Shown here: in pieces, positions 20,028-29,729 of the stretch
How positions within the stretch are numbered: position 1 is the first letter of the stretch
How the letters are laid out: each line of letters starts with the position of its first letter
Assembly: GCA_964400875.1 (NCBI GenBank)
Contig: CAYNWK010000002.1
Span: 3,391 to 67,390, forward strand
Direction of reading: 5' to 3'
From: an uncultured Anaerolineaceae bacterium
GTDB lineage: Bacteria; Chloroflexota; Anaerolineae; Anaerolineales; UBA4823
DNA length: 64,000 nt
Translations under genes and position numbers: made by a program
The notes under the pieces: generated by a model
Databases searched by the model: none
Told to the model about the DNA's origin: nothing
What the model saw: only the letters and a program-made list of their open reading frames with translations

Positions 20028-21590
20028 TTATGAATTGCGATAAGGTTCGTTGACCGCCTGCAGCTTGGTCTGCAGCTCTTGGCTGAGCTCGCCTGCTAGC
20101 GCACCGCGCGTATCGTAGAGATCTTCCAATTCCTCGGGGTCGTTCTCGAGGTCGTAGAGTTCGTAGACGCTGGTGTAGTCATCGTAACCGAAGTAATGGA
20201 TCAGCTTATACGGCCCTTTGACCATCGAGACCGTCCCCCTGGTAAAAGGCGCTATGCGCGGGTTGGTCTTGCCATCCATCGTAAAGACGCTGCGGTCGTC
20301 GGCAGAACTGTTCTCGCTAAAGGTGGGCAGGATGCGTCCCTCGCTCCACGCCGGCGCAGGCAAGCCGCTTACGTAGCATAAGGTCGGCAGCAGGTCCACA
20401 CAGCTGGTGGGCATGCTTACGTCAATTCGTTTCCGCTGACCCGGGCTGGAGATCAACAGGGGTATCCTGGTCAACGGCTCATACAACGTCTGGGTGATGT
20501 GCTCCAGGATGCCTCGTTCGAACATCTCGCCGTGGTCGGAGGTCACCACCAGGTATGTGTTTTCCAACAAGCCGTTCTGAGCCATGAAATCATAAAGGCG
20601 TCCGAATTCGGCGTCAGCGTAGGCGATGAACTCGTCATATTCGCGCCTTTTCTCTTCTAACTGCTCCTGTTGATGGCCTTGTGTAAAGTGATGAGCAGGT
20701 TTGGTTGGCGTGTGGAAACCGTCATTCAAAAACATATCGTAGAACTCACGGCGGGTATTGTAGGGTTCGTGAGGCGGCATCATATGGAAATAGCCCAGGT
20801 ACGGGCGCGGCGAATTGGAAACCTGCCCCGCGATCCAGTCGATGGCGTCCTCAAGCAGAAATAACAGCGGGGCCGCGTTAGCGGACGGTATCCCGCGAGG
20901 GAATAGTTCCTTGTAGGCGCGCTGGAGATCGTTGCCTTTGTTCGTGCGCCACAGCCGGTGCAGGGTAGAAACGAATAAAGTGCTGGGGATCTTGTGATCT
21001 TTGCCGCGCAGCGCCAACCGTTCACCCATGAACTCGACGTTGTGATCGTTTACAAACAGCCCATCGGCCAGGATCTTCTCGTAATACAGGGCCAGCTCTT
21101 TGGTTTTCTTGAAAAGGTCGATGTCCTCACTGAACTGGTACAACAGCATCCCTGCCAGGTCGTTGTGAGTGTACGCCATGCGGTTGTACGTATTCGCTGG
21201 AAAAGCGCTGAATAAGTTCTGTCGGAGGTAATCCCGGATCACCCGGCCGTACACGTGAAAGGCGCGGTGGGACCAGGGATAGGTACCAGTCAACAGGGAA
21301 GACGCGCCGGGGGTGGTAAAACTACCGCCGGCGTAGTGCCGGTTGAACACCGTGGCGCGTTCGGCGAAGCGGCGCAGGTTGGGCGTATTGTCGCGCGGGT
21401 AACCGTACAGCGATAGATTCGTCGCCGAACAGGCATCGAAAACTAGGACCAGGATGTTCGGCGCATTCGGATTCTGCGAGGGACCTTGCGGCTCACCGCC
21501 CAGTTCGTTGAAGAGATCGAAAGGCACCTTCAGGAGCGGCAGCAGCGCCAATAATTTTAAGAAATCACGTCGGCTTAAATCTGAGTGCAT
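20028..21590 (-). CDS. Tat-exported sulfatase-fold (alkaline phosphatase superfamily) enzyme lacking the C/S-x-P-x-R formylglycine motif
   Basis: SRRDFLK twin-arginine signal. NILVLVFDA metal site, TSDHGEMF. FTTPGASSLLTG sits where sulfatases carry CxPxRxxxLTG. Confidence 0.7.
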   Translation of the reverse strand: MHSDLSRRDFLKLLALLPLLKVPFDLFNELGGEPQGPSQNPNAPNILVLVFDACSATNLSLYGYPRDNTPNLRRFAERATVFNRHYAGGSFTTPGASSLLTGTYPWSHRAFHVYGRVIRDYLRQNLFSAFPANTYNRMAYTHNDLAGMLLYQFSEDIDLFKKTKELALYYEKILADGLFVNDHNVEFMGERLALRGKDHKIPSTLFVSTLHRLWRTNKGNDLQRAYKELFPRGIPSANAAPLLFLLEDAIDWIAGQVSNSPRPYLGYFHMMPPHEPYNTRREFYDMFLNDGFHTPTKPAHHFTQGHQQEQLEEKRREYDEFIAYADAEFGRLYDFMAQNGLLENTYLVVTSDHGEMFERGILEHITQTLYEPLTRIPLLISSPGQRKRIDVSMPTSCVDLLPTLCYVSGLPAPAWSEGRILPTFSENSSADDRSVFTMDGKTNPRIAPFTRGTVSMVKGPYKLIHYFGYDDYTSVYELYDLENDPEELEDLYDTRGALAGELSQELQTKLQAVNEPYRNS

Positions 21591-21612
21591 GGGAACTATA
21601 GGACCCGATCGT

Positions 21613-22149
21613 TCAAACGTTGCGCAGCACGATGATAAAAATGCTCAGCGCGTCCAGCCCCAGGTAAATAAACGAGAGCACCATGAGCCGTTCAGCAGCG
21701 CCGGATAGCGCCATTTCTAGTTTCTTATAATGTTGGATCAAGAATGAACCGACTGCGATGGCGACGAGGATCGCAGCAAAACCAAGCAGCAGCCCATTGA
21801 CCGACCACATGTTCCCGGCGCCGCCCTGAGTGTGAGCCAGCACTGCCCAGGCGGAGACGACCAGCGCGGCCAGGCTGCCCTGGGCGACGAACCTGTCCAG
21901 GAACCAGCGCTTCGGCAGGATAAAGCCGAGCGCGAGGACTCCGGCAAGCAGTAGAAGGCTATCGACCAGGGCGAACAACTGGGTGTAGGCAATCCCGCCG
22001 AGTAACTCCCAGATGTTCATGTACAGAATCCAGGCCGGCACTTCCTGCAAGACGTTATAGATCGACCAGATATGGGTGATAAACACGCAAACCACGAAGG
22101 TGGCAAGCAGCTCCGGGCCGGATGGCAGCCGGTCCCTAAAGATAGCCAA
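21613..22149 (-). CDS. Small integral membrane protein, unknown function
   Basis: 178 aa with about 5 hydrophobic helices. No motif recognised. Confidence 0.45.
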   Translation of the reverse strand: MAIFRDRLPSGPELLATFVVCVFITHIWSIYNVLQEVPAWILYMNIWELLGGIAYTQLFALVDSLLLLAGVLALGFILPKRWFLDRFVAQGSLAALVVSAWAVLAHTQGGAGNMWSVNGLLLGFAAILVAIAVGSFLIQHYKKLEMALSGAAERLMVLSFIYLGLDALSIFIIVLRNV

Positions 22150-23971
22150 GGCTTTTCAATCGCTCCTCGACCACCTCTTGGTCTTCGTCTCCCCCGCTCG
22201 GCGGCGGCGCCGCGCCGCTATCGACAAGGTCTTCCCCGATCGACAACCGGGGGATATCCCGGTAGGAAGGGCTTGCCAGCTCGCCCAGGTGCTGGTTAGA
22301 GAACAATACACCGGGCACAGCCGCGGCGTGGAAGCAGTGGTCGCCAGACCAGTGATCCCGGTTGGGTTCGATTGCTTCAGGTTCCCAGCGGCCCAATCCG
22401 GTCTGAGAAGAAGCCCGGTATCCCGGCGCAAAGCCAACCAGCAGGTCAGGCGCGTATTCGCTCAACGAACCCGCGAAAACCTCGTCCCTGCGGTAGACTT
22501 TTGTGACGACCGGTTCTCCGTCCGGACCGCGCCAGCTTTCTAGCTGGGCGGCGAGCTGCTGGCGCAACGAGTCCGTCTGATCGGCTTCGACAATGCCCTG
22601 GCCCTCGCGCCCGTCCAGATTGAAATAGATGCTGTTCAGTCCCAGGGCATAGGCTCGGCTCTGCGACCAATCCACGTACTGCAGATCCGCGGAGGGATTT
22701 TCGTTATGCGGGGTCAAAAAGCCCTGGTCGATCAGCCAGCGGTTCAAATGTACTTTATGATCGAACCGGTTGAACCCATGGTCGGAAACCACCAGGACTC
22801 GGGTAAGCTGCATCCCGCCCTTGCCCAACTGCTTGGCGACCTGCCCCACCAGCCCATCCAGCTTCGTATACCAGCGCTCGATCACGTCCTGCCGATCGCG
22901 CCAGAACATGTGCTGGATGCGATCAAGCGAATCGAAAACGACGCCAATGACGCCTTCCCGGAAATCGGATAATTGGTCCATCAGGATCTTCGCCCTGGTT
23001 TCGACGATCGAATCGCACAGGTCCAAGAACTGCTGGTCGTCGATGAAACCTTCCTCGAGCCCGGTGGTATCCTGCGGCCAGCCGATGGTCAAAAACGGCC
23101 CACCGGCTTCCCAGGCGCGTTTAACGAAACCGCCCGGCGTGCCATAACGCCAGAGCGATTGCAGCGGGTGCAGCTGCAGCGGCAGCGAATACAAGCGGAT
23201 TTCCGGTTGAAGTTTGGTGATGATGATCCGCGTCAGCGCGCGGATCTTTACGAAAAACCCGACTTTGAAAGTCAGCTCCAAAATCGGACTCCACTCACCG
23301 ATGGTCAAGTCGATCTGTTGGTCGTCCAGCTTTACGCGCGCCGAGCGGTCATCGATCAAATCGATCTCCAGCGGCAGGCCGGTTTCCTTGACGTTCCAGC
23401 GCGACTTGCGGATCGGCCCTTTCAGGGTTCCGCTGAAACGGCCCTTCCCGGTTGAGGTCAGATGCTCGACCGGAGTCTTCAGGTCTTCGCCCTCAAAACC
23501 GGCTTCAGAGGTGAAGAAGATCCCCACCCCCAGCTTGCCGTGGATATCCGGCGTGCCCAGCCCCGGCAGCGTATTGAGCGGCGAACCCAGCCGGGCTGGG
23601 AACATTGCCGGCCACCACATCATCGAGGCGGGATATCCCCGCCGGACGGCCTGATCGAACAATGTATTGGCGTTGAACGGTGGAACGAACTGTGAACCTC
23701 CCAGGCCCTGTTTTGTCGGCAGCAGGGATACAAAAGGCGCATAGTTCTTCGGGTTGCGGTGGACGAAATCGAAGATCCCGTGCCCGCCCGGGTTCAGCCC
23801 GGTGGCAATACTCGTCCAGGAGACCTCGCTTTGGGGCGGGTTTGCGACTTCGAAGCGGGCGTAGAATCCATCGTCCAGGAAACGCGTCAGGTTCGGTAAA
23901 GAGCCCGACGCGGAAAGCCGCTCGAAAATTCCCGGATCGAAAGCGTCCAGGCCGAGGATAAGTGTTCGCAT
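22136..23971 (-). CDS. Alkaline phosphatase superfamily protein, nucleotide pyrophosphatase/phosphodiesterase-like
   Basis: ILGLDAFDPG N-terminal metal site, TSIATGLNPGGHGIF, VVSDHGF. Confidence 0.65.
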   Translation of the reverse strand: MRTLILGLDAFDPGIFERLSASGSLPNLTRFLDDGFYARFEVANPPQSEVSWTSIATGLNPGGHGIFDFVHRNPKNYAPFVSLLPTKQGLGGSQFVPPFNANTLFDQAVRRGYPASMMWWPAMFPARLGSPLNTLPGLGTPDIHGKLGVGIFFTSEAGFEGEDLKTPVEHLTSTGKGRFSGTLKGPIRKSRWNVKETGLPLEIDLIDDRSARVKLDDQQIDLTIGEWSPILELTFKVGFFVKIRALTRIIITKLQPEIRLYSLPLQLHPLQSLWRYGTPGGFVKRAWEAGGPFLTIGWPQDTTGLEEGFIDDQQFLDLCDSIVETRAKILMDQLSDFREGVIGVVFDSLDRIQHMFWRDRQDVIERWYTKLDGLVGQVAKQLGKGGMQLTRVLVVSDHGFNRFDHKVHLNRWLIDQGFLTPHNENPSADLQYVDWSQSRAYALGLNSIYFNLDGREGQGIVEADQTDSLRQQLAAQLESWRGPDGEPVVTKVYRRDEVFAGSLSEYAPDLLVGFAPGYRASSQTGLGRWEPEAIEPNRDHWSGDHCFHAAAVPGVLFSNQHLGELASPSYRDIPRLSIGEDLVDSGAAPPPSGGDEDQEVVEERLKSLGYL

Positions 23972-23994
23972 GGAGGATTAACTGTTTTGGAGGT

Positions 23995-24264
23995 TTAGCG
24001 GTTCTCTTCGGCTTGCTCGGGGGCGGCGAGGTCCTCTTGCTCTTCTTCTTGGCCGCGCAAGTAGCGCATGCCCCGGAAGAAAGCCTTCTTGATCCGGCTG
24101 GAGAAGAACAAGATAAAACCGGAAAACAATCCGATCGCCACCGCCAAGATTTGGAAGAGCATACCGCCGGTATTCGGATCGATATAAGCCGCCTGAGCCG
24201 GTCGGGCTGCTAAGAAGCTCAGGATCAGGGCAAAAAATCCCGCTTTGAGGATTATGTTTTTCAT
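23995..24264 (-). CDS. Small membrane-anchored protein with an acidic tail, unknown function
   Basis: MKNIILKAGFFALILSFLAARPAQA signal-like segment, AYIDPNTGGMLFQ, and a second TM helix. GGAG SD before ATG 24264. The ORF-track N-terminus was trimmed. Confidence 0.45.
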   Translation of the reverse strand: MKNIILKAGFFALILSFLAARPAQAAYIDPNTGGMLFQILAVAIGLFSGFILFFSSRIKKAFFRGMRYLRGQEEEQEDLAAPEQAEENR

Positions 24265-24360
24265 CAGATATCTCCTGCAACTACAAACTAAACAAAATAA
24301 AGCGGAGCGAAGTGTACCACAAACCACCTCCTCCAGCGAACCCGCCTCCAGCCGAGCTTT

Positions 24361-25959
24361 TTACTGCTGGCTTAGATAAATCCAACCATCCTCGAGCGTT
24401 TTCCAGAGCACGAGATCGTCGGCCAGCTCCGCGATGGGTGGATACGAACTAGAATGAAGGTTAGTGTCGAAAAGCACCAGGGCGCCGCCCTGCTGCGCAA
24501 TGGTCAGGTGCATCTCGCGCAGCTGCGCCGGGTAGTCCACTGCCGCCTGACCCTTGACCACGTCGACCTTTTCGGGGATCCAGTTTGCCAGCCTTCCGGT
24601 CAGGAAGGTGATCGGGAAAGCTTCGTTGGAATAGATCAGGGTATCTTCAGGGAGCTCCCGGAGCGCCTGGATGGTTGCGGAGGATCGCCAGTCACGGCTG
24701 TTGAAGCCAAGCCCCTCTTCACGGACGACAGCCAGTAAACCTTGAGAGCGGACAAAGTTTACGCCGATTAGGAGGATGCCGGCGAGGACGACGGCGGTAC
24801 GTAATCTGCGCGAACCCAGCAGGAAGAGCGCTGCCCAAAGTATCACTAGCGCCAGGATCATCCCCAAAATGTACACAGGAAACAGGATGCGGTCGTTTAA
24901 CCGGGTTGAGGCATCGAAGAAGGTGAGCGAGAAGCCCAATAACACCACGTAAGCCAGGATAAAGACAGCCAAGAGCCCTGTGGCAATCCAAGCTCGCCTG
25001 ATTCTACCGCCGCCAGCCGCGAGCGTGCGCCCGCGCGTGCCGGCATAAACCGCCGCGCCAACCAGAGCCAAAACCACTACAGCGGTAAACATGAGTCTCA
25101 AGAGGCCGGGAACTGAGGGCGGCAGCAACCAGAGTGAGACTGTGACCAATCCCTGGCGCAGCTGGGCTGCCGTAGGCGGGTGGAAGAGAAAAGCCCGGTT
25201 AGCGCCTCCTCCCGTGAGCAGGCTGTTGCGTACGTACCAGGCGACCATCACTCCTGCGGCGACCAGCCCAAAGAGCAAGGCGTCCTTCACCCGCTTCCAC
25301 CAGGGTTTGCGCCCCAAGATCAACACGGCCAGTCCCCCGGCGCCGGCAGCCGATGCACCGACATAGCGAGCCAGGTAGGCCGTCCCGGCGAGCAACCCGG
25401 CCAGCGCCAGAGTCCGGATGTCGCCGCGCGCCAGATAAGCAAACAACGCCCCCAGGAGCATCATTATGGCGAGCAGATACGGGGGCTCGGACATCGCCAT
25501 CAGGTGCACGTCAATCAACACCGGTGAGGAAACAGCCAGCAGCGCGCCTAGCCCCCCTGCCAAGGTTGAGCCGGTGAAGCGGTACACCAGCCAACCGATC
25601 ATGGCGACGTTGATCCCGATTAAACCAGCCGCGAGGATGCGAGCGACGAAATCGACCGGGATTCCGGACAGCCAGTGAAAGAACGCCAAGATTATGGGAT
25701 AAAGCGGCGGGTAATGAGTCAGCGGGATCAGGTTGCCAAACCCGTCCGTGCGGCTCAGACCCAGGCCGTCGACGAGGTTTCCGGCCGCGCTGAGGTAAAA
25801 CATCGAATCATAGCCAACGCCGATGCCCCAAGGGGTATTCACCCACAACAAGACGCTGCTCAGCGCACCTAATAATGCCAGTAGCACGTAAAACGTGCCC
25901 GGCGAGGACGCACGCGCCGCAAAGCCTTTCACCAATTTAAATCCTGCTCGTAACCCCAA
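24361..25959 (-). CDS. Polytopic membrane protein, candidate GT-C fold (ArnT-like) glycosyltransferase
   Basis: 532 aa with more than 10 TM helices, N-proximal GVGYDSMFYLSAAGNL...THYPPLYP loop, soluble C-terminal domain. An alternative GTG start at 25932 overlaps the upstream stop. Confidence 0.55.
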   Translation of the reverse strand: MGLRAGFKLVKGFAARASSPGTFYVLLALLGALSSVLLWVNTPWGIGVGYDSMFYLSAAGNLVDGLGLSRTDGFGNLIPLTHYPPLYPIILAFFHWLSGIPVDFVARILAAGLIGINVAMIGWLVYRFTGSTLAGGLGALLAVSSPVLIDVHLMAMSEPPYLLAIMMLLGALFAYLARGDIRTLALAGLLAGTAYLARYVGASAAGAGGLAVLILGRKPWWKRVKDALLFGLVAAGVMVAWYVRNSLLTGGGANRAFLFHPPTAAQLRQGLVTVSLWLLPPSVPGLLRLMFTAVVVLALVGAAVYAGTRGRTLAAGGGRIRRAWIATGLLAVFILAYVVLLGFSLTFFDASTRLNDRILFPVYILGMILALVILWAALFLLGSRRLRTAVVLAGILLIGVNFVRSQGLLAVVREEGLGFNSRDWRSSATIQALRELPEDTLIYSNEAFPITFLTGRLANWIPEKVDVVKGQAAVDYPAQLREMHLTIAQQGGALVLFDTNLHSSSYPPIAELADDLVLWKTLEDGWIYLSQQ

Positions 25960-26966
25960 TCGATGAGGGTTTGTCCGGCGATGGATTTAAACAGCGCTTT
26001 ATCGGCTGCGGTGAACAGCTCTCGCCAGGACCCGGCCTGCCCTTTTGATATGTTCTTGGCAAGGTCGCCTCGCTTCTCCTGCTGCCAGTCAGCGTCCGGG
26101 TTACGCGCCATTTCGGCTTGAACCTGTGCCTGCCATCCAGCGAATGCGGGTTCCGCGCCAAGGAAACCCCATACGCGCGCCATTTCCGTCGCCGGCCGTG
26201 AGAGCAGATCTTCGTAGCGCAGGTCGAGATACTGCTCTCCGAAGAGGGCCTTTGCATGGGCGCTCGTCTCTCGCAGGTTACTTACCCAGCCCTCCGCGCC
26301 TTGGCTCAGCGCCTGAGGGGTAAAGAGGGAGGTTTCGCCCTTTAAGAACGGTTCCGGATCTTCCGAAAACGCCAAACGAATTTGTTTATCGACCTGGTTT
26401 AGGTGCTGGGGAGCGTCAATGAACTGCTGAATGCGGTGGGAGAGCAGCGTGTCGCGCCCATCCCGGACGATGAAAAGCAGCAGCCCATCCGGATACACCT
26501 TGTGTAATAAGCGGACGGCCTCGCCGTCCATCAGGCTGTTGGGGCTCTTATCGCCGACAATGCGCTTGCCCAGCCGGCGGGATTCCCGCTCCAGGATGAA
26601 ATCCGCGGCAGCGCGCAGCACCACGGGCGAAAGATCCGAGCCCCGGTTCCAACGGTTGCTCCGCTGGCTCAACCAATCTGCGACCTCCGGATCGCTGACC
26701 AGAGATTGGAGCAGGGGTGCACGGGTGAAGAAATGCGCCTGCCAGCTGCAGTGCACCTCCGGATGGAGGCGGCAGAGCCTGGCCAGCAGCGTCGTGCCGG
26801 AGCGAGCGTGGCCAAAGATGAAGAACTTGGTTGCCGGAAAAATCGCCCGCGCCTCTAAAGCCTCCTCCGGGGAGAGCGCCGGGACCTCCCGGACTGCCCC
26901 CAAGGGCGAGTCCCCGTAAAGCAAGACACGCGCCGCTGCTCTCAGCCGCTGAAAATAGCGTCTCAT
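25929..26966 (-). CDS. Sulfotransferase (PAPS-dependent)
   Basis: 5'-PSB GHARSGTTLLARL and 3'-PB IVRDGRDTLLSH motifs. Confidence 0.75.
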   Translation of the reverse strand: MRRYFQRLRAAARVLLYGDSPLGAVREVPALSPEEALEARAIFPATKFFIFGHARSGTTLLARLCRLHPEVHCSWQAHFFTRAPLLQSLVSDPEVADWLSQRSNRWNRGSDLSPVVLRAAADFILERESRRLGKRIVGDKSPNSLMDGEAVRLLHKVYPDGLLLFIVRDGRDTLLSHRIQQFIDAPQHLNQVDKQIRLAFSEDPEPFLKGETSLFTPQALSQGAEGWVSNLRETSAHAKALFGEQYLDLRYEDLLSRPATEMARVWGFLGAEPAFAGWQAQVQAEMARNPDADWQQEKRGDLAKNISKGQAGSWRELFTAADKALFKSIAGQTLIDWGYEQDLNW

Positions 26967-26988
26967 CGGTCTCTCAGATGCGAGGGGT

Positions 26989-27972
26989 TTAATGCAGCAC
27001 CCGGAACAAGTGGTCGTAGAGCGCCCGCAGGACGCGCCGGCTGCCTGGGAGGCGCATCAGCCAGTGCGGGTGCCGCTGCAGCGTCACCCCATTCCCGTCC
27101 ACCCGAATGCCCAGCGCTTCCGCCTCCTCGATCACGCCGGGGCTGAGTACGTTACCCAGGTGGCGCGTGTAGCGCTGAGATGTGGACAACCTCAAATAAC
27201 CGCGCCTATCGATAGCTTCGTCCATCTCGACCATCGCGCCCATCAACTGGCCGGTCCAAACTTCCGGCAAAGCCTTGAGGATCACTTCCTTGCGGGCGAC
27301 GAACTGGAAATGGTTCGCTGAGCCAACTGCGGTGAGGTCGCCGCAGCGTAGGACGAACTCGCTCCAGTTTTTCATCGCTTGGAGATGCTCGCCCGGTTCG
27401 CGCCCCGTGCTTTGCGCCCAGTCGATCTCCCATCCATCCGGGATGAAGCGCTCCCGGGTGACCTCCAGCCCGGCTGGCCCGTTCTCCAGCAACCTTTCCA
27501 CGCTGCTGACCGCATAAGTCCCGGCGAAGCGCACCGGGACCCCACTGACCATCCCAGCGTTGGGGATGCCGTCCAGCAGCGCCAACTGCGGCTCCAGCCA
27601 GCCTGGGTAGAACAGGATATCGTCGTCGGAATAGGCGATCACTTCCCCCGGGGCTGCCTGGAAGAGGATCATCAGGGCGCCGATCTTGCCGACATTTTCC
27701 TTGGATAGGATCAGGTAATCGATCTGCCCTGCCTCCCGCATCCCGGTAAGGTACTCAACCACCGGGGCGCAGCTGCCGTTATCGAAGACAAGCAGGTCGC
27801 ACGGGAGCTGTGCGTTGGCGCGCAGGCTGTTCAGCGTGAGCTGCAGCACCTGTAGCCGGTGTTTGAAATACCCCGCCTGGTGCGGGATATAGGTAAGCAC
27901 CGCCGCGCTCACCCTCGCCGGCTGGTAGGCGGAGTCTTTGCCCCGCGCCGGGTTTATGCCAACCCTAGCCAT
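26989..27972 (-). CDS. GT-A fold glycosyltransferase (GT2-like)
   Basis: AVLTYIPH...DLLVFDNGSC...AYSDDDILF (DxD). Confidence 0.6.
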   Translation of the reverse strand: MARVGINPARGKDSAYQPARVSAAVLTYIPHQAGYFKHRLQVLQLTLNSLRANAQLPCDLLVFDNGSCAPVVEYLTGMREAGQIDYLILSKENVGKIGALMILFQAAPGEVIAYSDDDILFYPGWLEPQLALLDGIPNAGMVSGVPVRFAGTYAVSSVERLLENGPAGLEVTRERFIPDGWEIDWAQSTGREPGEHLQAMKNWSEFVLRCGDLTAVGSANHFQFVARKEVILKALPEVWTGQLMGAMVEMDEAIDRRGYLRLSTSQRYTRHLGNVLSPGVIEEAEALGIRVDGNGVTLQRHPHWLMRLPGSRRVLRALYDHLFRVLH

Positions 27973-28003
27973 CGATTAAATGGTCGGTATAGGTTGTGAA
28001 GGA

Positions 28004-28702
28004 TCACGGGTTATACAGGAAGTCGCCGAGCAGTTTATCGTTCACCCAGATATTGGCCTTGCTGACTTCAGAGAACTGGTAGATCGTCCCCCACACCTGA
28101 TCGCGATAGCGCTCTTTCTCGCAGCCATCTTTGGGTTTAGTGAATTTCCCGCTCAAATAAACGATCATCAAGCCGTCCGAGGCGGAGAAGTCGATCTTGC
28201 TTACTTTCAGGGAGGACTGGTAAACGGCGTTGTAGAAACCGCCGCTGAATTGAACGCCGATGGAAAACAGGTTGTTCAACGCGGCGGTTGTATCGGCGAC
28301 GACGTCCCCGGAGCGAACCATACCGGTGCTCAACGGGATCAAGGTATCGCCACAGCCAGCGTACCCTCCGGTATCTTTGCTGATCAGGTAGCTGACGATC
28401 CATCCTGAAGAACCGGCAGATTGAGGCGCAGGCGTCTCTGTGGGTTCCAAGGTGGGCGTCAGGGTGGGTGTCCACGTTGCGGTAGATGAAGGCGTGGTGG
28501 TCTCGGTGGGTTCCAGGGTGGGCGTATCCGTTGAAGTTGGTACCGCCGTTGCGGTCTCCGTGGCAGGCACGCGCGTTTCGGTAGAAGTTGGCGGGATAGA
28601 CGTAGCAGTCGGACTTGGTGTGGCGGGAGAACAGGATGCACTCACCGCTATCAGCAGCACGAAAAGGACAATTTGAAGGGGAGAGAGTTTTCGCGTGGAC
28701 AT
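28004..28702 (-). CDS. Secreted or lipid-anchored protein with a Thr/Pro-rich linker and a GerMN-like C-terminal domain
   Basis: MSTRKLSPLQIVLFVLLIAVSASC signal, about 85 aa of T/P/E repeats (TPTLEPTETT...), then a globular domain. Start set to ATG 28702. The ORF-track start at 28792 would run through a conserved intergenic motif. Confidence 0.55.
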   Translation of the reverse strand: MSTRKLSPLQIVLFVLLIAVSASCSPATPSPTATSIPPTSTETRVPATETATAVPTSTDTPTLEPTETTTPSSTATWTPTLTPTLEPTETPAPQSAGSSGWIVSYLISKDTGGYAGCGDTLIPLSTGMVRSGDVVADTTAALNNLFSIGVQFSGGFYNAVYQSSLKVSKIDFSASDGLMIVYLSGKFTKPKDGCEKERYRDQVWGTIYQFSEVSKANIWVNDKLLGDFLYNP

Positions 28703-28748
28703 AGGCTTGCGCTGCCCTCGGCAGCGTTCTCCTGGCGTCAGAAATTGG

Positions 28749-28781
28749 TAGGAGCTACGCAGTTTTCCGGGAAAGTGGTAG
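28749..28781 (+). repeat. Conserved intergenic motif, copy D
   Basis: TAGGAGCTACGCAGTTTTCCGGGAAAGTGGTAG, 47-79 nt upstream of ATG 28702. Confidence 0.8.
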
Positions 28782-28850
28782 TTTTCAAACAACCCCTTTC
28801 TTCCCTCGAGCGCGTAGTCCTAATTGGATTGAGATTGAAGCACTTCGTCA

Positions 28851-29726
28851 TTAGAACGGAATCCAGGCCTGCCGGGGGAATAACCGCTGAATGACCCGCC
28901 GGCGAAGCATCCCAGAGCGACGCTTCAATTCCACGCCGCGTTCTGGCTGCACCTCGTTGACCCAATGGCGTTTCCCCGCTGGCTGCGCCAGGGCGGTGAG
29001 ATAGAGGGGCAGTAGCTCCGAGCGCGGCGCCCCGTGTGCTTTCAGCGTGCGGACCTCATATCCGGCCCGGGCGAACGACTGCCGAAGGGTATGTTCACTA
29101 AAAGATACTAGGTGGGCGATCTCGAAGCAATCATGGGCGTACAGGTTCGGCACCTCGATCAATAACCAGCCTTCTTGGGACAAAAATCTATCCCTGAGTC
29201 GGTATAGATGGCCCACCGGGTCGGGCAAGTGTTCCAGCACATGCGCCATGGTAATGAGATCGCAGCGTTCTTCTCCAGCTTGCTCGAAAGCCTCCAGCGA
29301 TGGATAAACCTGGATGCCGCGCTCTTGAGCGAACGCCCGGTAGGTCTCACCAGGCTCGATCCCGACCATCTCGCCCCCATAACGGGCGTGGATGGTTTCC
29401 AGCAAGATCCCTGCCGAGCAGCCGATGTCCAGATGTCGGTCGTAGCGGTCCACGTACTGCTCCAGGTAGCTGGCCAGCGCAGCCGCCCGAGCCGATTGAA
29501 CGGCCAGGTCTTTCGCGGTAGGCCCTTCGGTTCCTTGATAGACCTGGCGATATTCGCTGGCGTAGAACGCCTCCAGTTCAGGATCGGTCTTGCGCGGGGA
29601 TTGGTAGACCAGCCCGCAGCCCTTGCAGAGGCGGTTGATCACCGGCTGTCCCAGAAAAGTCCTGCGGTCAAACAGCTCGCTGGCCCCACCGCCGCAGAGA
29701 GGGCAGCTCTGAACTTGTTCCGGCAT
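28851..29726 (-). CDS. Class I SAM-dependent methyltransferase with an N-terminal zinc ribbon
   Basis: CPLCGG...CKGCG ribbon. LDIGCSAG motif I. Confidence 0.8.
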   Translation of the reverse strand: MPEQVQSCPLCGGGASELFDRRTFLGQPVINRLCKGCGLVYQSPRKTDPELEAFYASEYRQVYQGTEGPTAKDLAVQSARAAALASYLEQYVDRYDRHLDIGCSAGILLETIHARYGGEMVGIEPGETYRAFAQERGIQVYPSLEAFEQAGEERCDLITMAHVLEHLPDPVGHLYRLRDRFLSQEGWLLIEVPNLYAHDCFEIAHLVSFSEHTLRQSFARAGYEVRTLKAHGAPRSELLPLYLTALAQPAGKRHWVNEVQPERGVELKRRSGMLRRRVIQRLFPRQAWIPF

Positions 29727-29729
29727 TGG

